Positions 54,094-64,000 of a stretch of DNA of 64,000 bases are shown piece after piece. The notes beneath the pieces were generated by a model. It was given only the letters and a program-made list of their open reading frames with translations, was not told the DNA's origin and searched no databases. The stretch's first letter is position 1; every line of letters begins with the position of its first letter. The translations under genes were made by a program, and so were the position numbers. Origin of the DNA: Amoebidium appalachense. Lineage: Eukaryota > Protista > Ichthyosporea. The stretch lies in the NCBI GenBank assembly GCA_963693365.1, contig CAVNZM010000008.1:9180818-9244817 (forward strand). Reading direction: 5' to 3'.

Positions 54094-57000
54094 TCACTTA
54101 GCAAGATTCGCCGAGATCTTGTTCAGAACCTCAAACAGCTCCTTGGGGCAGTGGCTGCCCAGGGACTCGTACAGCTGCTTGAACTCGGGCAGATCCTTGG
54201 CGTACTGGGCGGGATCCACCTTCAGAAGTTTCTCAATGGTGGCAGGTGAAACATCGGCAAGACCGCGCGTGTCGAGGTCGGCAGGGGCGGGCAGGCGGCC
54301 GACTGGGGTCTCGACGGCGTGGCCAGTACCCTCCACACGCTCGCACACCCACTTGAGCACACGAGAGTTCTCACCAAAGCCGGGCCACATGAACTTGCCG
54401 TTCTCATCCTTGCGGAACCAGTTGACGTAGAAGATCTTGGGCGTGTTGCTGCCAAGCTTCTTGCCCATATCCAGCCAGTGCTGGAAGTAGTCGCCCATGT
54501 TGTAGCCGCAGAACGGGATCATTGCGAAGGGGTCGATGCGGAGGGCGCCAACCTTGCTGTCGGCGGCAGCAGCAGTCTGCTCGGACGAACACACGGAGCC
54601 GAGGTACACACCGTGAGCCCAGTCCCAGGCCTCAGTGACTAGGGGGATGGTGGTGGAGCGGCGACCGCCGAAGATGATGGCGTCGATGGGAACACCCTCG
54701 GGGTTCTCGAAGTTCTCGTCGATGACGGGGCACTGCTTGGCCGGGGTTGTGTAGCGGGCGTTGGGGTGTGACGTCAGGCGGCCGCAGCCGGGAGTCCACT
54801 TCTGGCCGGTCCAGTCGATGCACTCTGCGGGAGGCTCCTTGGACATGCCCTCCCACCACACGTCACCGTCGGGGGTGAGGGCCACGTTGGTGAAGATGGA
54901 ATTCTTCTCCATGGTGCGCATAGCGGACTCATTGCTGTTGTGGTTGGTGCCGGGAGCGACACCGAAGAAGCCGGCCTCGGGGTTGATGGCACGGAGCTTG
55001 CCGTCCTTGCCGATGTGCATCCAGGCGATGTCGTCACCGACGCAGCGCACCTTCCAGCCGGGAAGCGTGGGCACCAACATGGCCAAGTTGGTCTTGCCGC
55101 AGGCACTGGGGAAACCGGCAGCCACGTAGTGCTTCTTTCCTTCGGGAGAAATGAGGCACAGGATGAGGCAGTGCTCGGCCATCCAGCCCTCCTTGCGGCC
55201 CTGCACGGAGGCAATGCGCAGGGCAAAGCACTTCTTGCCCAGCAGGGCGTTGCCACCATAGCCACTGCCGTAGGACATGATGGATGGCACGGGGTCGTCG
55301 GGGAAGTGGCAGATGTACTTGTTGGCGGCATTGCACGGCCAGGGCACATCCTTCTGGCCAGGGGCCAGAGGGGCACCGACGGAGTGCAGGCAGGGCACGA
55401 ACTCACCATCGCCCATGGCCTTCAGCACGGGGAAGCCTGGAAGAGAGCACGGGTGTTAGCTACAGAAGAAGTTAAGAGGGGCCCAGGCACAAAAATTTGA
55501 CGGGCGAACAGCAAACGGGAAGGCGGTGGGGCAGGGGGCAGGGGCTAAAAAGGAACAGGTCAAGACCAATGGGAAAGTGCCACGAGAAGGGGGAGAGCAA
55601 ACATTGGTAGATCAGGACGTGGTGGGGGGGCTCTTGTTGTTCTTATGTTCTAGTCAGTCAGTGAAAAAGATCGAGAACGCAACACGCATGCGCGCAGGTC
55701 TTGAAAGGTGAAAGAAGGCCGGGGGGGGGAGGGGAGGGAGGGGGGAGGAAGGGGGGAGGTGAGAGGTGGAAGATGGGGGGGAAGAGGGGGGGGGGGGGGG
55801 GGGAGGGGGGGGGGAAAGGGGGTGCGGGGGTGGGGTGGGGTGGGGGGTGGGGGGGCGGGGGAGACGGAAGCACCTACCGATGCGGGCCATGATGTACATG
55901 TTGGCCACCACGTAGGGCGAGTCGGTGATCTCCACACCGTACTTGGAGTAGGGGGAGCCAATCGGGCCCATAGAGAAGGGAATCACGAACATGGTGCGGC
56001 CCTTCATGCAGCCGGTGAAGAGCTCCCAGAGCTTCTTCTTCATCTCCTCGGGCTCGCACCAGTTGTTGGTTGGGCCGGCATCCTCCTTGTTCTTGGAGCA
56101 GATGAATGTCTGCTTCTCCACACGCGCCACATCGCCGGGGTCGGAGCAGGCCAGGTAGGAGTTGGGGCGCTTGGCCTCGTTGAGCTTGGTGAAGGTGCCG
56201 GAGCGCACCAGCAGATCGCACATGAGGTTGTACTCCTCCTCGCTGCCGTCGCACCAGTAGACGTGGTCGGGCTGCAGCTTCTGCTTCATCTCCTCCACCC
56301 AGGCAATGAGCTTCTTGTTGTTGGTGGGGATCTTGGTGACGGCAAAGTGCAGGCGCTCCTCCTGGTCGGTGAACTGGTCGGCCAGCTCCTGAGGCAGATG
56401 CTCCATGCCGAACTGCTTGAAGTGCTGGCGGTACTGGGAGGCCTCCTCCAGCCAGTGCTCAGCATCTACAGTCAGCAGCTTCTCAACTGTCGCCTTGGAG
56501 ATGTCGAGGCCGTTCATGTCGATGCCATCGACCGTGGGCAGCAAACCCAGGGGGGTTGTCTTGGCCTTGCCACCACCCTCCACACGCTCGCACACCCACT
56601 TCAACACACGAGAGTTCTCTCCATAGCCCGGCCACATGAACTTGCCGTTCTCGTCCTTGCGGAACCAGTTGACATAGAAGATCTTGGGCACGTTCTTGCC
56701 GAGCTTCTTGCCCATGTCAAGCCAGTGCTGGAAGTAGTCGCCCATGTTGTAGCCGCAGAAGGGCAACATGGCGAAGGGGTCGATGCGGAGAGCACCAACC
56801 TTGCTGTCAGCAGCGGCAGCAGTCTGCTCGGAGGCGCAGATGGAGCCGAGGAAAACACCATGGGCCCAGTCGAAAGCCTGGGTGACGAGGGGAACAACCT
56901 GCGACCGGCGACCCCCGAAGATGATGGCGTCGATTGGGACACCCTCAGGGCTCTCCCAGTTGGGATCGATGACGGGACACTGGGACGCGGGGGTGGTGTA

Positions 57001-58128
57001 GCGGGCGTTGGGGTGTGACGTCAGGCGGCCACAGCCGGGAGTCCACTGCTGGCCGGTCCAGTCGATGCACTCTGCGGGGGGCTCCTTGGTCATGCCCTCC
57101 CACCACACATCACCGTCTGGGGTGAGTGCCACGTTGGTAAAAATGGAGTTCTTCTCCATCGTCTGCATCGCGGACTTGTTGCTGTGGTAGTTGGTGCCGG
57201 GGGCAACACCGAAGAAACCAGCTTCGGGGTTGATAGCCCACAGGCGACCGTCCTTGCCGATGTGCATCCAGGCAATGTCGTCACCGACGCACTTAACAGA
57301 CCAGCCGGGAAGCGTGGGCACCAACATGGCCAGGTTGGTCTTGCCGCAGGCGCTGGGGAAGCCAGCAGCCACATAGTGGGTCTTGCCCTGGGGAGACGTG
57401 AGGCCAAGGATGAGGCAGTGCTCGGCCATCCAGCCCTCCTTGCGGCCCTGCACGGAGGCAATACGCAGGGCAAAGCACTTCTTGCCCAGCAGGGCGTTGC
57501 CACCATAGCCACTCCCGTAGGACATGATGGACGGCACGGGGTCGTCGGGGAAGTGGCAGATGAACTTATCCTTGGCGTTGCACGGCCAGGGCACGTCCTT
57601 CTGACCCGGGGCCAGGGGAGCACCAACGGAGTGCAGGCAGGGCACAAACTCGCCCTTGTCGCCAATGACCTTCAACACCGAGAAGCCTGTTTGTACATAT
57701 CCAGTTAGCAAAGCAGGGAATGGAAGGGAGTTACAAAATCACTAAGCTACATGTGGTATGAGTGGCTTGGTGGGAGGGAAAATGATTGGGGAGAAGAGAG
57801 AGGAGGAGGTTGGGGGGGCCGGGGTGGGGGGTGGGGGGTGGGGGGGGGGGGGGGGGACATTAGAAGTAAGCATAAGAAAGACGGGAAGGATGAAAAATAA
57901 ATGTATGGAATGGGCCGGTGGGGTGGGGATGGGGGGAGGGGGTGCGGGCGGGGGCGGGGGCGGGGCGGGGGCGGGGCAGGGCGGGGCGGGGCGGGAGAGG
58001 GGGGGATCTACAAAAGCCTTAGAACCAACTACACTCACAAGAAACGGGCCGGTACTTAGAACTAACTACACAAGATTGGGCCAGTACTTGGTGTGTGTGT
58101 GTGAGTGTCTGTAAAGGCCGGGGAGAAA

Positions 58129-58164
<36 letters not shown>

Positions 58165-61100
58165 GGCTGTGAAAACAAACAAGCACGTGAAAACAAGAAA
58201 AGATCGTAAAAGTGGGAACTAGGCAAGGCTGGTGGCGTTACATCATTTGTAAACAACAAAGAAAATACTGACAATGTAACTTGTGGTCGTGGTGGTTGGT
58301 CTGCAATGATGAGTGGCAGAAGGGGGGTGGGGTGGGGGGGGGGAGGGGGGAGGGGGGCGGGCCCAGGGAGAATAGAAAGAGCACTCACCCACGCGTGCCA
58401 TGATGTGCATGTTGGCAACCACATATGGCGAGTCGGAAATCTCGACACCGTACTTTGAGTACGGAGAACCGACGGGACCCATAGAGAAGGGAATGACGAA
58501 CATGGTGCGGCCCTTCATGCAGCCGGTGAAGAGCTCCCAAAGTTTCTTCTTCATCTCGTCGGGATCACACCAGTTGTTGGTTGGGCCGGCATCCTCCTTG
58601 CTCTTGGAGCAGATGAACGTCTGCTTCTCCACACGGGCCACATCGCCGGGGTCGGAGCGTGCGAGGAAAGAGTTAGGCCGCAGCTTCTTGTTGAGGCGGG
58701 TGAAGGTGCCGGCCTCGACCAAGATGTCGCACATCAGCTTGTACTCCTCCTCGCTGCCGTCGCACCAGTAGACATGGTCGGGCTGCAGCTTCTCCTTCAT
58801 CTCGTTCACCCACGAGATGAGCTTCTCGTTCTTGGTGGGGATCTTGGTGACGGCGAAGTGCAGGCGCTCCTGCTGCTTGGTGAACTCGTGGAGGATCTCC
58901 TGGGGCAACCGCTTGGAGAACTGCTCCAGATGCTCACGGAACTGGGCAATGTCCTGAAGTGCACGCTCTGGCTCAACCATAAGCAGCTTCTCCATCGTCT
59001 CCTTGACGATCTCCAGTGACGAGATGTCGAGGCCATCCACAGGGGGAATGAAACCAAGAGGGGTGCGCTTGGCCTTGCCGGTACCCTCCACACGCTCGCA
59101 CACCCACTTGAGCACCCGGGAGTTCTCGCCATAGCCGGGCCACATGAACTTGCCGTTCTCGTCCTTGCGGAACCAGTTGACATAGAAGATCTGTGGTGCG
59201 TTCTTGCCCAGCTTCTTACCCATGTCGATCCAGTGCTGGAAATAGTCACCCATGTTGTAGCCGCAGAAGGGCAACATGGCGAAGGGGTCAATGCGGAGCG
59301 CGCCGACCTTGCCCTCAGCAGCAGCAGTCTGCTCTGAAGAACAGCAGGAGCCAAGGAACACACCATGGTTCCAGTCGTAGGCCTGTGTGACGAGGGGAAC
59401 GACCTGTGAGCGGCGGCCGCCAAAGATAATGGCGTCGATGGGGACACCCTCGGGGTTCTCCCAGTTGGGATCAATAACGGGGCACTGCTTGGCCGGGGTG
59501 GTGTAGCGGGAATTGGGATGTGACGTGAGACGACCGCAGCCGGGAGTCCACTTCTGGCCGGTCCAGTCGATGCACTCTGCGGGGGGCTCCTTGGTCATGC
59601 CCTCCCACCACACATCACCGTCAGGGGTGAGTGCCACGTTGGTGAAGATGGAGTTCTTCTCCATGGTGCGCATGGCAGACTGGTTGCTGTGGTAGTTAGT
59701 GCCGGGGGCGACACCGAAGAAGCCGGCCTCGGGGTTGATGGCACGGAGCTTGCCGTCCTTGCCGATGTGCATCCAGGCAATGTCGTCACCGACGCACTTA
59801 ACAGACCAGCCGGGAAGTGTGGGCACCAACATGGCCAGGTTGGTCTTTCCGCAGGCGCTAGGGAAGCCGGCAGCTACGTAATGGGTCTTGCCCTCCGGCG
59901 ATGTCAGCCCGAGGATGAGGCAGTGCTCAGCCATCCAGCCCTCCTTGCGGCCCTGCACGGAGGCAATACGCAGGGCGTAGCACTTCTTGCCCAGCAGGGC
60001 GTTGCCACCATAGCCGCTGCCGAAAGACCACACAGCTGGGTCCTCGGGGAAGTGGCAGATGTACTTGTTCTCGTTGCATGGCCAAGTAACGTCCTTCTGG
60101 CCAGGCTGCAGCGGTGCACCAACAGAGTGCAGGCACTCAAGGAAGTCACCCTTGCCGATAGCATCGAGCACCTGTTGGCCTGCACGAAACACATCAGAAA
60201 AATGTTCATCTGCCACAGAATTTAACTCTCCTAGGCTAACACCAGTCTTGTTCTGTAAGGTTACTACGGGGAAGGGGGGGAGGGGGGAGGGGGGCTGGAA
60301 GGGAGAGAGATGGTGGGGCTGTGATGGAATGGAAGAGGGATGTCAATGAATAAGGTTTGGAGGTAAGGAAGTGTGATTCAGAGGGGGGTGGGGGTTGGGG
60401 TGTGGGGGTGGGGGTGGGGGGTGGGGGGGTAAATAGACCAAGTTAGGGTAACGTCACCCGAAGGGAAATGACAATGCAGCAAGGAGACTCGTTCACAAAG
60501 AAGCAATGGTTGGGCAACAGAATAGTGGCCCCCTTTTTTTTCTTTTTTTTTTTGGGAGGAGGGGGGGGGGGGGGGGGGGAGGGGGGGGGGGAGGTACCAA
60601 TGCGGGCCATGATGTACATGTTGACAACCACGTAGGCAGAGTCGGAAATCTCCACACCGTACTTCGAGTAGGGGGACCCGACCGGACCCATGGAGAAGGG
60701 GATGACATACATAGTGCGTCCAGCCATAGAGCCGTCAAAAAGGGGCAGGAGCTTTTCCTTCATCACGTCCGGGTCCTCCCAGTTGTTTGTCGGGCCCGCA
60801 TCCCCCTTGTAGGTGGTGCAGATGAAGGTACGGCTCTCGACACGCGCGACATCCTTAGGGTCGGACCTTGCCAGGTAGCTGTTGGGGCGCTTGGCCTCGT
60901 TCAGCTTGGTGAAGGTGCCAGCATCTACAAGCAGCTGGCACAGCTTGTTGTATTCCTCCTCGGTTCCCTCCACCCAGAAAACCTGCCCCACAGTCTGTTA
61001 GCACAAGAAACCTCCTATGCATCTTGGAACTACAGTGCACGGCACCAGCTCCTGAGAAGCTTACACCAACATCACCTTGACAGCCCCCGGCCCCCGGCCC

Positions 61101-62201
61101 CCCCACCCTATCCACCCCCCCCACCCTGCCTCCTACCATGCTTCTTCCAAACCACCTTTTACTGCCATAAATATCATACCTATAGCCAAATATAGCCCAG
61201 CACATGAGTTTTTAAAACGAAGACCAAAACAGCAGACAACCACTATATAAACATCATGGAAGTCTCGGCCAGGACAAGCACAACTTGGTCACCGTTTTTT
61301 CGGCAACAACTAAAACTCAATCTGATACCGTCTCTGCTTCGAAAAATCGCTCTCAAGCGCTGCACGAAGAAGAAAGTCTACTACCTATAAACCATCAGAT
61401 CCCACCTCACTGCTTGGGCGAACATTTTGACACTGAAATAGAGCAAATATGTATACAGCTCCCGACCCAGCTTCCCATCTGATGCCTAACATCCAGAAGA
61501 AGCGATGTTACAGGAGAAAACAAAAAAATCTACCACCCACCCCTAAGACGTCTGATTAACAGCAAACCTCAACCCGTATCCATGACTTCTCCCATCCTCA
61601 TCCCTGAAGCATCTAAATAACAGCAAACCTCGTACTATATCCATGACCTCCCTCAGCCTCAACCGTGCATGTAAACCAACACTGATAATAAACAGAGACA
61701 CTTACATCTTTAGGCTTGCATAGCTTCTTGGCCCTCTCGACGAACTTGAGGAGCTTGCGATTCTTAGTCGGGAGGCTGTCAAGTAAAGAACCCTATTAGT
61801 CTAAAGATCTTGTCCACTCCATGACCACACAACCCATCACCTAAACATCTTACTCCTTCACATCCTATATATCCTAACTATATAGACTTGAGCAAACCGT
61901 GAGATCAACAAGGTCAACAACAAAGAAAAGGTTAACAACGGCGGAAACCAGCGAATGTATAAAAGAACAGGGTCCAAGTTCAAAAGTGTCACACTGAAGC
62001 CATCCACCCGAGGCTCAGATTCACATAAGCATGGAGACGTCCATGTTCAACCCACACTATAGCTACACGATATACATGAAACAACGGCTAGTTAACCCCA
62101 CAAAGACATGAAAAATGGACATCGTTTAGAAAAAGCAGAGAAAACGCCGTCAAATAGAAAGGTGAGCAACCCCACCAAAGCCAACCATACCTTGGAGCCA
62201 T
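54094..62201 (-). CDS. PCK: Triple-domain GTP-dependent phosphoenolpyruvate carboxykinase, ~1802 aa; exons 62201-62191, 61775-61706, 60982-60598, 60179-58389, 57686-55878, 55436-54094
   Basis: Exons sum to 5409 nt (1803 codons with stop), all GT-AG, the acceptors preceded by ctaac/ctaat-type branch motifs where I checked. Each of three units has [15 protein letters not shown](Y/F)[38 protein letters not shown](S/A)R, FGGRR, DPFAM-PFCGYN, VNWFRKD, WPG-GENSRVL. No stop between units. Confidence 0.95.
61558..61668. repeat. Degenerate ~60-bp tandem duplication in PEPCK intron 2
   Basis: aacagcaaacctc...tatccatgac...cctca occurs twice in succession. Confidence 0.7.
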
Positions 62202-62228
62202 CGTCGTTGGTACAGCATTCAATGCGAA

Positions 62229-62262
62229 TCTGAGCTCTACATAGGAAAAACGCTCTTATATA
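62229..62262 (-). promoter_or_regulatory. Putative TATA box and initiator of the PEPCK gene
   Basis: Minus strand TATATAA at 62262-62256, pyrimidine-A initiator-like 'tcaga' ~25-30 nt downstream, ATG at 62201. Confidence 0.5.
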
Positions 62263-63828
62263 CATGCGCCCTTTTGCTCACGAATTTTCCTTTATTGGTT
62301 TTTTCATCCAAAAAAAAAAGGGCAACGAATCATATTGCTTCGCGGTCTTTTGAATCTTCGAGCAACTGCCTTCCAAATAAGGCAAGCCAACGGCATGGCT
62401 TTGTGTGGGCGCCGCACTCCACTCATTTCTGGAGACTGGAGCGAAAGTGCTGGAACTTCTAGGTGACTCGGCAAAAGATCGTGGACAATGTTTTCCAATA
62501 AATCTTGCTCCCTGAATTTATTTCTAATTCATGATAAACATGTGCGAAATGACTTACAACACAACAGCTGTTCTAATGGCACCAAGGGCTCCTTTTCGTT
62601 ACACCTTTTGAGCCTTTTGAGCCACTAGTTGTCAACAATCATCCCGCGCGGCTCTTTCCAAATCCGTGCATTCCACAGCCAGCAACGCCAACCCCCGCGC
62701 ATGAGAATGCACCAATCAGAGCGCTCTGTCCCCACCTTTGTACACCTATTTGGTTGATGACGTGCAACAGCATGAACTCTAAAAATCTTCTGTGTGCACC
62801 TAGAATATCCCAGAGCCAGAAACATTTGAACCGAGAAACGTCTGCGACCACTAGGCTATCATAGTGCGTCCTTTGTATCAAACCAAACAAAGACCTACAA
62901 TAACGGTTGTTTGCACGAGAGCACTTTTGGCCGATGGCGAAAGGTGCATGCATGTCTGAAGGGAGCAAATGCCGAGAAGGGGATGGTATGTGGAACAAAT
63001 TCCCAAAGAACATGCAAGGTTTGTTATCGTAGTACTACGACTACCCATGGGCACCAGGCTTGGGTTCCGGCACCATCTGTTATGTATTAAGGTAAGTGCA
63101 GAAGCATGCCTCAGTTCCCCGCCTGACATTACGCAAGGATAGATCCTGCCCTTAAGGGACAGCTGCTTTAGGGTACAAGTGACCATCACGCACCGTACAC
63201 ATGTACGTACTACGTGTGACTAGTAATCTTTAGAATGATGCGTGGAACTCGAGTTTGCGTTTGTTGTGCGTAAGTGCTTTTTCATACCTAGGGCTTAGCT
63301 CTGCTCCTATTTAAGGCTTAGAGTTTGCAACTGCCATTTGCATCACCACACACTGTTCCTTGTGGCACCTGGGGATCTGTCCTAGTCTCAAGTTGGCTAT
63401 ACCATGGCATGCATAAGATCCAGGTAGGGGAAAATACTGAATGTGGTCCTAACTACTTTTCTTTCCAACTGCGTGGAACATTTTGAAAAGTGGCATGTCG
63501 ACTGCTCTACCTTACATTCATGTTCAATGGCCTTTGCTCAAGGTTTAAGGTGGCTGCCCATCAGACCTTGGCATGGCCTTGCAAACTGACACAAAGCACT
63601 GTTCTTCTTATGACTAGCATTAGCATGCTGCCTCAACGTCGGTTGTTTGGAGAGCCTATAAATGTCGACGCTAATACACTGTGTGGCACATGCCCTGTTG
63701 TGCCATACTATACCCATTGTTTTGTTTGTTTTTCAAAGTCACTGCGGGGACTCGGGGGGTGGTGGTCAGCAGGCAGAAAAGTTTGGCGAACGGAGGGGTG
63801 GGGTGTGTGTGTTTGGGGGGGGGGGGGG

Positions 63829-63864
<36 letters not shown>

Positions 63865-63961
63865 GGGGGGGGGGGAGGGGGGGAGAAGGGGGGAGCAGCA
63901 CTGGGATTTCATGTTCTCCTCCCCCTCCCCCCCTCCCCCCCCTCCCCCCTCCCCCCCCCCC

Positions 63962-64000
<39 letters not shown>

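Noticed and set aside
55708-57018. 436-aa plus-strand ORF and similar antisense ORFs over PEPCK
   Set aside because: Shadow ORFs caused by strong codon bias of the minus-strand gene.
54094-60991. Three or four separate PEPCK genes, or an assembly triplication
   Set aside because: ORF-track breaks coincide with GT-AG introns at the same codon, unit junctions lie inside open exons, and units differ by many substitutions with unrelated introns.

Overview
Eukaryotic (protist-like) genomic DNA with spliceosomal introns packed with poly(C)/poly(G), (CA)n/(GT)n and (CT)n tracts; nearly all ORFs in the supplied track are simple-repeat artefacts. By manual splicing I find four well-supported genes: a cAMP-receptor/Git3-like 7TM GPCR (+, 815-3025), a 200-aa tropomyosin (-, 6019-4238), a ~42-kb, ~40-exon gene for the TFIIIC B-block-binding subunit (GTF3C1/Tfc3-like; +, 7718-49436) carrying an unexpected ZZ zinc-finger exon, and one continuous reading frame encoding three tandem, apparently intact GTP-dependent PEP carboxykinase domains (-, 62201-54094, 6 exons, ~1802 aa). 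The GTF3C1 introns host at least ten same-strand copies of a non-coding element that share one 3' end abutting poly(C), are variably 5'-truncated, usually start at C-runs, and contain a covarying pseudoknotted RNA core: a candidate poly(C)-tailed or poly(C)-targeting retroposon. Two MITEs, several minisatellites, GC-AG introns and introns with complementary repeats at their ends are also present. All family assignments are from motif recognition by eye, not database searches; small exon boundaries are approximate.
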